A program made the position numbers and the translations under genes. Of a DNA stretch of 64,000 nucleotides, positions 1 through 11,607 are shown in pieces. Location: the NCBI GenBank assembly GCA_964016885.1, contig OZ024744.1:95914001-95978000 (forward strand). Direction: 5' to 3'. A model generated the notes under the pieces. It was not told the origin of the DNA, ran no database searches, and was given only the letters and a program-made list of their open reading frames with translations. Source of the stretch: Eledone cirrhosa. Lineage: Eukaryota. Positions within the stretch are counted from its first letter, which is position 1, and the number at the start of each line of letters is the position of its first letter.

Positions 1-2070
1 GTACTTGCCATCACTGACGCTGATAAGAAGGTAGTTTGGAAGTGTCACTACGAAAGGCTACTAAATGAGGAGAATAAATGGGAGAAAGACAGTCTCCCCC
101 ACATCGACCCAATAGAGGGACCAGCAGTGTTAGTCGAAGGTAGTATAATAAGTAAGGCAATCAAAGATATGAAGACGGGTAAGGCGGCTGGGCCTTCGGA
201 AATAGTTGCTGAGGTGCTGAAAGCCTCTGGAACGGTGGAACACACCATGGTCACCCGGATAGTAAACCAAGTCATACAGAATGGGGTTGTTCCGAAGGAC
301 TGGCGTAGCAGCATCATCATTAACTGTTACAAGGGTAAAGGAGATGCCCTAGATAGGAGTAACTATAGAAGCATTAAATTAATTGACCAGGTCATGAAGG
401 TCACGGAAAAAGTTATAGTGCAACTAATCAGAGAGAGAATTGATCTAGATGAAATGCAGTTCGGGTTTGAGTCAGGCAAAAGTACCACAGACGCTCTTTT
501 CATTGTACGACAACTACAGGAGAAGTACCTAGCTAAAAGTAAACCCCTATACTTAGCTTTTGTTGACTTGGAGAAAGCCTTCGACAGAGTCCCCCGTTCC
601 ATTATCTGGTGGGCTCTTAGAAAACTAGGTATTGACGAAGGGCTTGTGAGAGCTATACAAGCCATGTATAAAGAAACAGTCAGGAAGGTTAGAATTAACA
701 ACGAATATAGTGAAGAGTTTAGCGTAAAAGTTGTTGTTCATCAAGGCTCTGTTCTTAGCCCCCTACTATTTATTATTGCCCTTCAGGCTATAACAGTGGA
801 GTTCAAGACCGGCTGCCCATGGGAACTCCTATACGCAGATGATCTAACGCTCATAGCTGAATCAATGGCTGAACTAGAGAAGAAATTCCAAACATGGAAG
901 CACGGCCTAGAATCAAAAGGCCTTAAAATTAACCTGGCTAAGACTAAAGTTCTAGTTTGTAGGAAAGAAAATAAGGCGCCGGTCCCTTCCGGGAAATGGC
1001 CATGCTCAGTGTGTAGGAAAGGCGTAGGTAGAAACTCCATTTTATGTCCCAAATGCAAAGTATGGGTGCATAAAAGATGTAGTGGGATCACAGGTAAGCT
1101 AACTAAGAACATAGATTTTATATGTGGCCGGTGCTCTGGTGCAATAAGTAGCAGCAAGTGCCCACAAAATACTAGCTCTTTCAATTGCGCAGAGGGTTCT
1201 ATAGAAATAGTGGACAGCATCCGTTACCTGGGTGTCAAAATCAGCAGTGGGGGAGGGTGCTCTGAAAGTACAGTAGCTAGAGTCAGAACTGGATGGAAAA
1301 AGAGAGAGCTTATACCACTATTAGCCGCTAAAGGGTTCTCCCTAAAAATGAAAGGCAGGTTGTATGATGCCTGCATACGAACAGCAATGTTGCATGGCAG
1401 TGAGACCTGGGCATTGTGTGAAGAGGATATACGCAGACTAGAAAGGAACGAAGCTTGCATGCTCCGTTGGATGTGTAATAGTAATATACGTAAACGGCAA
1501 AGCATAAACGAACTAAGGGAAAAATTAGAAATAAGAGGGATCAGATGTAGTTTACTCGAGAGAAGGCTACGTTGGTATGGTCACGTGATGCGCATGAAAG
1601 ACGACAGCTGTATAAAAAAGTGCAGGGCAATAAAGATAGACGGTAGCCACGGAGTAGGCAGACCCAGAAAAACCTGGGACGACCTGATAAATTCCGACCT
1701 CACACACTTACACCTCTCCAAGACAATGTCACTGGACCGAGATCTTTGGCGGTACTCAGTAATAGAGAAGACCCACCTTACCTAAATACAAAGTAAACCT
1801 ACTACAGTCAGTAGGCATCTCTAACAAAATACACTCCCGACCCACCACCCCCACCCCATCCACACCGCCCCTTTCAATGTAAAGTTATGTTGGTGCCACA
1901 ACATCCAGGCTGAAACAAATGAGATCGTCTAGGTGTCACGACAAAAAAAACACACAGTCCACGCTGTAATGTGGCCGTGTAGGCAACACGGTAAAAACCT
2001 CCCAGTCCCACACTGTAAATGTGGTTGGTGTTAGGAAGGGCAACCAGTCATAGAAGGCTTGCCAAACAAG
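1..2070 (+). mobile_element. RTE-clade non-LTR retrotransposon, 3' part (RT + C-terminus + 3' UTR), cut by the window start
   Basis: ORF 127..1785 has RT motifs FVDLEKAFDRVPR, HQGSVLSPLLF and LLYADD, and the RTE C-terminal motifs MLHGSETW, RLRWYGHVMR and GRPRKTW. The 3' UTR contains ggttggtgttaggaagggc, shared with many other copies. Confidence 0.95.
127..1785 (+). CDS. RTE LINE reverse transcriptase ORF (partial) with an internal PHD-type zinc finger
   Basis: Open for 552 aa, YADD at 832-843. CSVC..CPKC..H..C..CGRC lies at 1003-1134. It lacks one codon (WKKRE) compared with sister copies (WKKFRE). Confidence 0.9.
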   Translation: MLVEGSIISKAIKDMKTGKAAGPSEIVAEVLKASGTVEHTMVTRIVNQVIQNGVVPKDWRSSIIINCYKGKGDALDRSNYRSIKLIDQVMKVTEKVIVQLIRERIDLDEMQFGFESGKSTTDALFIVRQLQEKYLAKSKPLYLAFVDLEKAFDRVPRSIIWWALRKLGIDEGLVRAIQAMYKETVRKVRINNEYSEEFSVKVVVHQGSVLSPLLFIIALQAITVEFKTGCPWELLYADDLTLIAESMAELEKKFQTWKHGLESKGLKINLAKTKVLVCRKENKAPVPSGKWPCSVCRKGVGRNSILCPKCKVWVHKRCSGITGKLTKNIDFICGRCSGAISSSKCPQNTSSFNCAEGSIEIVDSIRYLGVKISSGGGCSESTVARVRTGWKKRELIPLLAAKGFSLKMKGRLYDACIRTAMLHGSETWALCEEDIRRLERNEACMLRWMCNSNIRKRQSINELREKLEIRGIRCSLLERRLRWYGHVMRMKDDSCIKKCRAIKIDGSHGVGRPRKTWDDLINSDLTHLHLSKTMSLDRDLWRYSVIEKTHLT

Positions 2071-2115
2071 GGGTTAAGAGGATCTTTCAAACTGTGACAA
2101 AAGACACGACAACTT

Positions 2116-4102
2116 CTCCTCTGCTCTTGATATGATCCTACACAAGTGGGATACAGACCTCCTCTGCTCTTGATATGACCCTACACAAGTGGGATACAGA
2201 CCTCCTCTGCTCTTGATATGTCCCTACACAAGTGGGATACAGACCTCCTCTGCTCTTGATATGACCCTACACAAGGGGGATACAGACCTCCTCTGCTCTT
2301 GATATGACCCTACACAAGGGGGATAGAGACCTCCTCTGCTCTTGATATGACCCTACACAAGTGGGATACAGACCTCCTCTGCTCTTGATATGTCCCTACA
2401 CAAGTGGGATAGAGACCTCCTCTGCTCTTGATATGTCCCTACACAAGTGGGATACAGACCTCCTCTGCTCTTGATATGTCCCTACACAAGTGGGATACAG
2501 ACCTCCTCTGCTCTTGATATGTCCCTACACTAGTGGGATACAGACCTCCTCTGCTCTTGATATGTCCCTACACAAGTGGGATAGAGACCTCCTCTGCTCT
2601 TGATATGTCCCTACACAAGTGGGATACAGACCTCCTCTGCTCTTGATATGTCCCTACACAAGTGGGATACAGACCTCCTCTGCTCTTGATATGACCCTAC
2701 ACTAGTGGGATATAGACCTCCTCTGTTCTTGATATGACCCTACACAAGTGGGATACAGACCTCCTCTGCTCTTGATATGACCCTACACAAGTGGGATACA
2801 GACCTCCTCTGCTCTTGATATGACCCTACACAAGTGGGATACAGACCTCCTCTGCTCTTGATATGACCCTACACTAGTGGGATATAGACCTCCTCTGTTC
2901 TTGATATGACCCTACACAAGTGGGATACAGACCTCCTCTGCTCTTGATATGACCCTACACAAGTGGGATACAGACCTCCTCTGCTCTTGATATGACCCTA
3001 CACAAGTGGGATACAGACCTCCTCTGCTCTTGATATGACCCTACACTAGTGGGATATAGACCTCCTCTGTTCTTGATATGACCCTACACAAGTGGGATAC
3101 AGACCACCTCTGCTCTTGATATGACCCTACACAAGTGGGATACAGACCTCCTCTGCTCTTGATATGACCCTACACAAGTGGGATACAGACCTCCTCTGCT
3201 CTTGATATGACCCTACACAAGTGGGATACAGACCTCCTCTGCTCTTGATATGTCCCTACACAAGTGGGATACAGACCTCCTCTGCTCTTGATATGACCCT
3301 ACACAAGGGGGATACAGACCTCCTCTGCTCTTGATATGACCCTACACAAGTGGGATACAGACCTCCTCTGCTCTTGATATGTCCTTACACAAGTGGGATA
3401 CAGACCTCCTCTGCTCTTGATATGACCCTACACAAGTGGGATACAGACCTCCTCTGCTCTTGATATGACCCTACACTAGTGGGATATAGACCTCCTCTGT
3501 TCTTGATATGTCCCTACACTAGTGGGATACAGACCTCCTCTGCTCTTGATATGTCCCTACACTAGTGGGATACAGACCTCCTCTGCTCTTGATATGACCC
3601 TACACTAGTGGGATACAGACCTCCTCTGCTCTTGATATGTCCCTACACTAGTGGGATACAGACCTCCTCTGCTCTTGATATGACCCTACACAAGTGGGAT
3701 ACAGACCTCCTCTGCTCTTGATATGACCCTACACTAGTGGGATATAGACCTCCTCTGCTCTTGATATGTCCTTACACAAGTGGGATACAGACCTCCTCTG
3801 CTCTTGATATGACCCTACACAAGTGGGATACAGACCTCCTCTGCTCTTGATATGTCCCTACACTAGTGGGATACAGACCTCCTCTGCTCTTGATATGACC
3901 CTACACTAGTGGGATACAGACCTCCTCTGCTCTTGATATGTCCCTACACTAGTGGGATACAGACCTCCTCTGCTCTTGATATGACCCTACACTAGTGGGA
4001 TACAGACCTCCTCTGCTCTTGATATGTCCCTACACTAGTGGGATACAGACCTCCTCTGCTCTTGATATGACCCTACACTAGTGGGATACAGACCTCCTCT
4101 GC
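2116..4102. repeat. 43-bp minisatellite, about 46 copies
   Basis: Unit cctcctctgctcttgatatgaccctacacaagtgggatacaga, starting at 2158, 2201 and so on. Confidence 0.97.
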
Positions 4103-4197
4103 ATGTCTGGGAGGTCAGTAGCCACCACTTCACTGTTGACTTGCTCTATGTAGAGTAGACCCATCTAACCCTTGCTAGCAGGGAAAAACGGACATTA

Positions 4198-5500
4198 GTT
4201 GATGATGATGAAGAAGATGACGACGGCGGCGGCGGCGGCGACGACGATGGCGGCGACGACGACGACGACGGCGGCGGCGGCGACGATAGTGATGACGACA
4301 ATAATGATGATGATGATGACGATGATTATGATGACGATGATAATAACGGTGATAATGATGATGACGGTGATAATGATGATGACAATAATAATAATAATGA
4401 CGACAGCGATAATGATCATGATGACGATATTGATAATGATGATAATGATAATGATGATGACAGTGATAATGATGATGATGGCAATGATAATTGTTCCTAC
4501 TTTTTGGCACAAGGCCAGCAATTACCCAGTGTATTACTGGTACTTTATTTTATCGACCCCTGTAAGGATGAAAGGCAAAGTCAACCACGGCAGGATTTGA
4601 ACTCAGAATGGCAAGGGCCGTAACTAATGACAACGATAATAATGATGATGACAATAATAATAATGTTGATGACAACGATAATGATGACATTGATAATGAT
4701 GATGATGACATGATAATGATGATGATGATGACAGTGATAATGATGATGATGACAATGATAATTGTTCCTACTTTTTGGCACAAGGCCAGCAATTAACCCA
4801 GTGTATTACTGGTACTTTATTTTATCGACCCCGTAAGGATGAAAAGCAAAGTCAACCACGGCGGGATTTGAACTCAGTCCGTAAAGGGACGTAACTATGC
4901 TGGAAAGCATGTCTTCCAACCCTCTACCAATACTGCCAATGACGACAACAATGGTGATGACGACAATAATGGTGATGACAACACTAATGGTGATGACAAC
5001 ACTAATGGTGATGACAACACTAATGGTGATGACAACAATAATGGTGATGACGACAATAATGGTGATGACAACAATAATGGTGATGACGACAATAATGGTG
5101 ATGACAACAATAATGACAATGACAACACTAATGACGATGACAACAATAATGGTGATGACAACAATAATGGTGATGACAACACTAATGGTGATGACAACAA
5201 TAATGACAATGACAACACTAATGACGATGACAACAATAATGGTGATGACAACAATGACAACAATAATGGTGATGACAACACTAATGGTGATGACAACAAT
5301 GACAACAATAATGGTGATGACAACACTAATGGTGATGACAACACTAATGGTGATGACAACACTAATGGTGATGACAACACTAATGGTGATGACAACAATG
5401 ACAACAATAATGGTGATGACAACACTAATGGTGATGACAACAATGACAACACTAATGGTGATGACAACACTAATGGTGATGACAACAATAATGACGAAGA
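4198..5500. repeat. (GAT/GAC/AAT)n low-complexity tract and 18-bp repeat (atggtgatgacaacacta), interrupted by two SINE copies
   Basis: Visible directly; it produces the spurious M/T/I-rich ORFs. Confidence 0.9.
4487..4937 (-). mobile_element. Two copies of tRNA-derived SINE family A (about 4487-4606 and 4757-4937)
   Basis: Reverse complement of ...ctgagttcaaatcc(c/t)gccg...ctttgcctttcatccttacggggtcgataaaataaagtaccagtaatacactgggtaattgctggccttgtgccaaaa; contains a B-box-like gagttcaaatcc. Confidence 0.85.
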
Positions 5501-5660
5501 CGATTCTACAGTTCCTTTCATTAATGAAAAAATACAAAACATCCTTTTAAACTAGAAAATCTTATTCTCTCTGCCCCCCTCCCCTGCCCCCCCCCCCCCC
5601 CCCCCCCTGCTTTCACTTTAAAAAAAAAAATTTTTTTTCTTTTCCTTTTACTTTTTTCAG

Positions 5661-5855
5661 ATGCGGAAATACTTCTTCTTGGTATATTCTTTGATATCTT
5701 TAGTTTGTATTCTTGGTTGGAAGCCCACAGCCTTGTTAGTACTCCAGTGTGTTGGATGTTATTTAGCATCAATGACAGCTTCAATACCATCAATATGGTT
5801 TACTTCCATATTATTTCTTTCTGTACTTAATTTTGATACCAGTATAATTTTTATG
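5661..5855 (+). CDS. HHAT: Hedgehog acyltransferase (MBOAT family), internal exon
   Basis: Pyrimidine tract + ttcag| acceptor and |gtaagt donor; 195 nt, phase 0/0. MRKYFFLVYSLISLVCILGWKPTALLVLQC...IWFTSILFLSVLNF resembles the HHAT N-terminal TM segments and splices in frame to the exon at 14774. Confidence 0.8.
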
Positions 5856-5920
5856 GTAAGTAATATTTTACTTTCAGAGATGATTCTCTTTCTTTTTTTT
5901 TGTTCTTTTTTTTATAGCAC

Positions 5921-5959
<39 letters not shown>

Positions 5960-6329
5960 TGTCAATACCATCAACACCAAAGCCACCGCCCTCCTCCTCC
6001 CCCCTCCTTCCCCCTCCTCCTCCCCCTCCTCCGCTCCACCCTATCCTTCTCTCCTCTATACCCCCTCCTCCTCCACATTCACCCCCACCCCCTCCACCCC
6101 CACACCTTAACATTCACCCCTCCCTCCCTCATTATCACCATCTTCACTATCTCCCCCCTCTTCTTACTCCTCCTCCTTCTTCACACTTTCACGGTATCCT
6201 CCCCTACTGCTAATGTCAACCTAGGTAACCAAAGCTGTGAACAGCTTTCTAAGGAGCCTTCCTGCCAGCCGAGGCAATCTATTTCTCATAAGCTCTTAGG
6301 GATTATTTCTCCTGTGTATCAGTTGAATG

Positions 6330-6655
6330 CAAAGTCTATCTTTTCTGTTAATCTACCTGTAATCCCACTATATCTCTTGTGCATCCATAGATTATATCAT
6401 GTGTACCTTATAGAATTTCTCACATATTGAAGAAGGCCATTTCCCTGATGGTATAACCATCCTGTTCTTTTTCCTACTTATTAGGACTTTCATCTTTGCT
6501 AAGTTTACTTTAAAGCCTTTTAACTCAAGATTCTTCTTCCATGCTTGAAATTTTGCCTCTAACTCTTCTATGGATTAAACTATAAGGTCAAAGTCATCAG
6601 CATATAGGATTTTCCATGGAGTGCTAGTTTTAAACTCCTCAGTCATGGCCAAAGT
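6330..6655 (-). pseudogene. Decayed RTE RT fragment
   Basis: The reverse strand reads FKTSTPWKILYADD and then the QGNGLL-like remnant of the GKWP region. Confidence 0.65.
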
Positions 6656-6829
6656 CATCTCACTTCTTGCACACTGCACACATCTACTCATCTCCTCTTC
6701 AAAATCTTCACAATCTCACTGCATTTAGTATACACACGCGTACATGCACACACAAACACTTGTACAAAAGAGATATATTCACTCATAACACGAATGCAAG
6801 TATAAAAATATACACACACTAATACACAC

Positions 6830-7170
6830 ACACACACAAATGCTTGTAGAAATGAGATATGTTCACCCATGACACAAATGCAAGTCTACACACACACACA
6901 CACAAATGCTTGTAGAAATGAGATATGTTCACCCATGACACAAATGCAAGTCTACACACACACACACACACAAATGCTTGTAGAAATGAGATATGTTCAC
7001 CCATGACACAAATGCAAGTCTACACACACACACACACAAATGCTTGTAGAAATGAGATATGTTCACCCATGACACAAATGCAAGTCTACACACACACACA
7101 CACAAATGCTTGTAGAAATGAGATATGTTCACCCATGACACAAATGCAAGTCTACACACATACACACACT
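6830..7170. repeat. About 65-bp tandem repeat with a variable (CA)n, 5 copies
   Basis: acaaatgcttgtagaaatgagatatgttcacccatgacacaaatgcaagtctacacac is repeated. Confidence 0.9.
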
Positions 7171-7724
7171 AACACACTCACTCACTCACTCTCACACACA
7201 CGCACACTCACTTATTTACAAGACTTTACAAAAAAAATAGTAAATGAAGATTTTTTCACTTTGTTAGTGACTGGCTTGAACTCTGCATAGAACTAAGAAC
7301 TTTAATAAATCTTTAAGAAAATATAGAAGTGCCAAGAAGTTCCAGTGGAAGGCAGCTACAGGGGCGGCCCGGAGGCACATCAGGTTTGGGAGCCCGCCCC
7401 ATACACAGCAACCCCCCCCCCCCCCCAAAAAAAAAGATTTTACATATCAAAGTTAGCTTGGCGAAAGTAATTGGAATTGAAAAGTTATACACGCAGGTGT
7501 TGAATTAAAAAATTCTAACCATCCTAAAACTAAAAAGCCCAGCCAGCTGGCTGAGGGCACAAATGAATTGTTATGGCTGTCACTAGTGCCCGCCCCCCAC
7601 CCTCCACTGCAGGGGGCTCAGGACAATTGACCCTCTTGCCATCTATTAAATCTGGTCCTGGCTACAGTAGAGGAAAACCACATGTGAGGAGGAGGAGGAG
7701 GAGAAGGAGGAGTATGTTGACTTT

Positions 7725-8300
7725 TTCAACTTCTTTGCCCACTTATTCCTGAGAGGGTCGTGGTGGGGGCAGGGTCCTCAAAAACACTCCTTCCAGTGGG
7801 TCCTGTCAGAAGCAACCGTCTCCTACTGATCTGGCTGGATCCCCAAGCGAGACCAGCCAACTTCATGGATGTTATCCAACCAACATGCTTTGGGTCTACT
7901 CCTGGGACTCCTCCCAGTTGGTTTTACCCATAAAAATCTGTCCAGTGATTCTTTCCTGAGACATTCTAACCACATGCCCATAGAATAGGATCTGTGATCT
8001 CACAATTTGGAGAAGTAGCGGCTCTACCTGGAGTGACTTTCTGATCTCCGAGCTAAACACTCTATCGAGTAACGTTACACCAAAGACCCTTCGGAGGAAC
8101 CCCATTGCAGTTGCTTGTATTTGCGATTGTATTCTTTTGGTCATTACCCAAGGTTCATGACCATAGGTAAGAGTTGGTACAAATACCTAATTGAAGATTG
8201 CAAGTTTGGCTTTTGCACCTACCTCCCTTCTTACTGAATGCTAAAGCTGGCGTATTACAGCACCAGCTCCTGTAATACTTGTACTTAATTCAGCTTGTTG
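7725..8300 (-). mobile_element. RTE LINE 3' fragment of a second family (Expander/Rex3-like); related copies at about 15060-15300(-), 30855-31400(-) and 49900-50830(+)
   Basis: IQATAMGFLRRV...LQVEPLLLQIVRSQILFYGHVVRM, followed by the tail ccctctcaggaataagtggg. Confidence 0.8.
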
Positions 8301-8625
8301 GCTTGCCTCTATAATTATTAGCAGGGGGTGGGAACTCCAGCACTCCTGGGTGTGGTGTGATGTTTGCAGACAGAGGATGGCTTATAGTGGTTGTAATGTA
8401 GCTCCTTGCTTCTCTTCTTACTTGTTATCTCTCCCACATTTTTTTTTCCTTCTTGCCTTCCTGATCAATAGTAATATACTTTTGTGTATGTCCCACTCCC
8501 ACTATGTCAACTTGGCCAGCTATTTCCCACACTGACAGCTTTGCACCCTTTTACCCTCAGCAATCAGTAAACAATTCATAACCGGACATGCACAGGGATG
8601 AACACACACATATATATATATATAT

Positions 8626-9345
8626 GTCATCATCATCATCATCATCGTTTAACGTCCGTATTTCACGCTTGCATGGGTTTGGACGGGAGTTTTCCCACTT
8701 GAGGCAAGAGTGGTTGTCATTGCTCGCATAGGACTGTCTGGCGGGTTTTCTACGGCTGGATGCCCTTCCTAACACCAACCACGTTTACAGTGTGGGTCTG
8801 GGAGGTTTTTACCGTGTTACCTACACGGCCACATTACAGCGTGGACTGTCTGGCGGGTTTTCTACAGCTGGATGCCCTTCCTAACACCAACCACATTTAC
8901 AGTGTGGGGCTGGGAGGTTTTTACCGTGTTGCCTACATGGCCACATTACAGCGTGGACTGTGTTTTTTTGTCGTGACACCTACACGACCTCATTTGTTTC
9001 GGGCTGGATGTTGTGGCACCAACATAACTTTAAATTGAAAGGGGCGGTGTGGATGGGGTGGAGGTGGTGGGACGGGGGTGTATTTTTGTTAGAGGTGCCT
9101 ACTGACTGTAGTAGGTTTCACTTTGTACTTAGGTAAAGTGGGTCTCCTGTATTACTGTGTACCGCCAAAGGTCTCGGTCCAGTGACATTGTCTTGGAGAG
9201 GTGTAAGTGTGTGAGGTCGGAATTTATCAAGTCGTCCCAGGTTTTTCTGGGTCTGCCTACTCTGTGGCTACCGTCTATTTTTATTGCCCTGCACTTTTTT
9301 TATAGAGCTGTCGTCTTTCATGCGCATCACGTGACTGTACCAACG
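8626..9345 (-). mobile_element. 5'-truncated RTE copy (C-terminus, 3' UTR and (GAT)n tail)
   Basis: Reverse complement of about 1575-2050; ends ...cggacgttaaacgatgatgatg. Confidence 0.9.
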
Positions 9346-9838
9346 TATATACATATATATATATATATACATGTATATATATATATACATTACATACATA
9401 ATTATACATATATATATATATATATGTATAATTATGTATGTAATGTATATATGTATATATATATATATATATATAAAGTCATAGATCCATATGTGTTTTG
9501 CAATGGGTCACTTTGTGGCTCAATGAAGAATTAATAAATTAAATGATCAGAGCTATATATCATAAAACATGTCTATAGTATCACCAGATAAAATATATAC
9601 CGTTTCCTCTCCCAATTAGCATAATTAACCATATAAAAAATCAATTAGACCAAGCTATAAGAATAAAGGCTCCCATGAAGTATTCTCTGACAAATAACCG
9701 AAAGCAGCCCTTCGTGGCGGTTGTGACGGAGTATTTATCGAGTATTTCGACAGCGTGTATAAATCGACCAGATATACAGTCAACTAAACAGAATTAGGTG
9801 TAAAATAAACTAGAAGAAAAGTGCACATATTTAGTTAC

Positions 9839-9912
9839 CTCTACCATGGTTTCATCCGCATTTTAAGATATCCGATAACATTGGAAATCTAGAGCTTCGG
9901 ATTCTTCAGGAG
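9839..9912 (-). ncRNA. Type I hammerhead ribozyme (inverted copy)
   Basis: Reverse complement of 10384-10457 with the same intact core. Confidence 0.8.
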
Positions 9913-10383
9913 TTAGCTCAAATTTAGACAATTAATTTTCCAAAGTAATCGCGCCAAGAATACATTAAAAAATGGCTAAGAATCGTGACGTGGCAGCGGT
10001 CAAGTTAGAAAGGATGTGATTAGTTGCTTACGGCTGGTAGGCTTTTTGCTAGAAAGTGCAGCCCAATACAGTTATGATATATAGCTCTGATTATTTAATT
10101 TATTAATTCATCATTGAGCCACAAAGTGACCCGTTGCAAAACACATATATATCTACGACTTTATATATATATATGTAAACCTTTATATGTAATAATCTCC
10201 CGTTAGGTTGAGATACAATTTTGGCTGTATTGGGCTGCGCTTTCTAGCAAAAAGCCTACCAGCCGTAAGCAACTAATCACATCCTTTCTAACTTGACCGC
10301 TGCCACGTCACGATTCTTAGCCATTTTTTAATGTATTCTTGGCGCGATCACTTTGGAAAATTAATTGTCTAAATTTGAGCTAA

Positions 10384-10457
10384 CTCCTGAAGAATCCGAA
10401 GCTCTAGATTTCCAATGTTATCGGATATCTTAAAATGCGGATGAAACCATGGTAGAG
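10384..10457 (+). ncRNA. Type I hammerhead ribozyme, minimal PLE type
   Basis: ctc-CTGAAGA(10387-93)-ATCCG...CGGAT-GAAA(10443-46)-CCATG-GTA-gag. Stem I is ctc/gag, stem II is ATCCG/CGGAT and stem III is the palindrome ACCATGGT. Cleavage is predicted after GUA at 10454. Confidence 0.82.
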
Positions 10458-10756
10458 GTAACTAAATAGGTGCACTTTTCTTCTTGTTTATTTTACACCT
10501 AATTCTGTTTAGTTGACTGTATATCTGGTCGATTTATACACGCTGTCGAAATACTCGATAAATACTCCGTCGCAACCGCCGCGAAGGGCTGCTTTCGGTT
10601 ATTTGTCGGAGATTTCTTCACAGGAGCCTTTATTCTTATAGCTTGGTCTAATTGATTTTTTTATATGGTTAATTATGCTAATTGGGAGAGGAAACGGTAT
10701 ATATTTTATCTGGAGATTCTATACACATGTTTTATGATATATATATATATATATAT

Positions 10757-11205
10757 ACAAGATCTTTGGTGCTACGCAGTAATACATAAGACCTGCCTTG
10801 CCTATGTACAAAGCAAAACCTATAGTCAGTAGGTTTTTGCTAACCAAATATACACCCCAATCGACTATCCCTACCCTATCCTCCCACCAACACCACCCTT
10901 TTCCTGTAAAGTTGGTACCACAACATCCAGTCCAAATAAATGAGATCGAGATCGTGTAGGTGTCACAACAAAAAAAGCACACAGTCCATGCTGTAATGTG
11001 GTCGTGTAGGTAACACGGTAAAAAGTTCCCAGTTCCACACTGTAAATGTGGTTGGTGTTAGGAAGGGCATCCAGCTGTAGAAAACCTGCCAGATAGTCCT
11101 ATATGAGCGAGACATGGTCACCCGACCAACCTTGCCTCAAATTGGACAACTCCCATCTAACCCATGCTAGCGTGGAAGATGGACGTTAAACGATGATGAT
11201 GATGA
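10757..11205 (+). mobile_element. RTE 3' end and 3' UTR
   Basis: Matches the RTE end (gatctttgg..cagtaatac), the shared tail motif and the ggacgttaaacgatgatg terminus. Confidence 0.85.
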
Positions 11206-11217
11206 TATATATATATG

Positions 11218-11280
<63 letters not shown>

Positions 11281-11540
11281 GGAGGAAGTTATAGTTCACT
11301 TGAAGCATTGTGTAATGAGGTATAAACGTTTGTATTTGTAAAGCCAAAACAATGCGGGTATGGACATAGAATATAAATGCAAATGCAAAAGATATTGTTG
11401 ACAATTAGTCTTTTACATTAAATTTATTTAAATGTCCTTAATTTTCGAGATTATATCTCTTTGACATTAGAGATAGAACAGATACTCTATACCATTTCCT
11501 GTCAGCATGACTTGGCAAGCTATTTAGAACCACTTTACTT

Positions 11541-11578
11541 CCCTCCGAAGAAGAGATATTATCTCGAAAATTAAGGAC
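11541..11578 (+). ncRNA. Degenerate minimal hammerhead in the PLE 5' region
   Basis: ccct-CcGAAGA-a-GAGAT-att-ATCTC-GAAA-ATTA-agg; there is a U4->C change in the core. Confidence 0.5.
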
Positions 11579-11607
11579 ATTTAAATAAATTTAAGGTAAA
11601 AGATTAA

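Larger units (their letters stand above)
9473..10743. mobile_element. ORF-less Penelope-type pLTR / retrozyme-like unit in a nested inverted-repeat arrangement
   Basis: 9554-10071 is the reverse complement of 10225-10743, and 9473-9565 is the reverse complement of 10072-10164. Each long arm carries a hammerhead. The element is flanked by (TA)n. Confidence 0.75.

Noticed and set aside
2116-4102. Possible CRISPR array (also 59197-63330)
   Set aside because: The units are contiguous with no unique spacers, there are no cas genes, and the context is eukaryotic.
4175-5550. Many overlapping ORFs rich in M/T/I/H/R
   Set aside because: They are translations of trinucleotide and 18-bp repeats.
5856-6213. 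Extension of ORF 5661..6110 and Pro/Gly-rich ORFs
   Set aside because: They lie past the GT donor at 5856, in low-complexity intron sequence.
7359-7660. Possible hAT MITE (caggggcgg ... ctggtcctg)
   Set aside because: The TIRs are weak and there is no matching 8-bp TSD.
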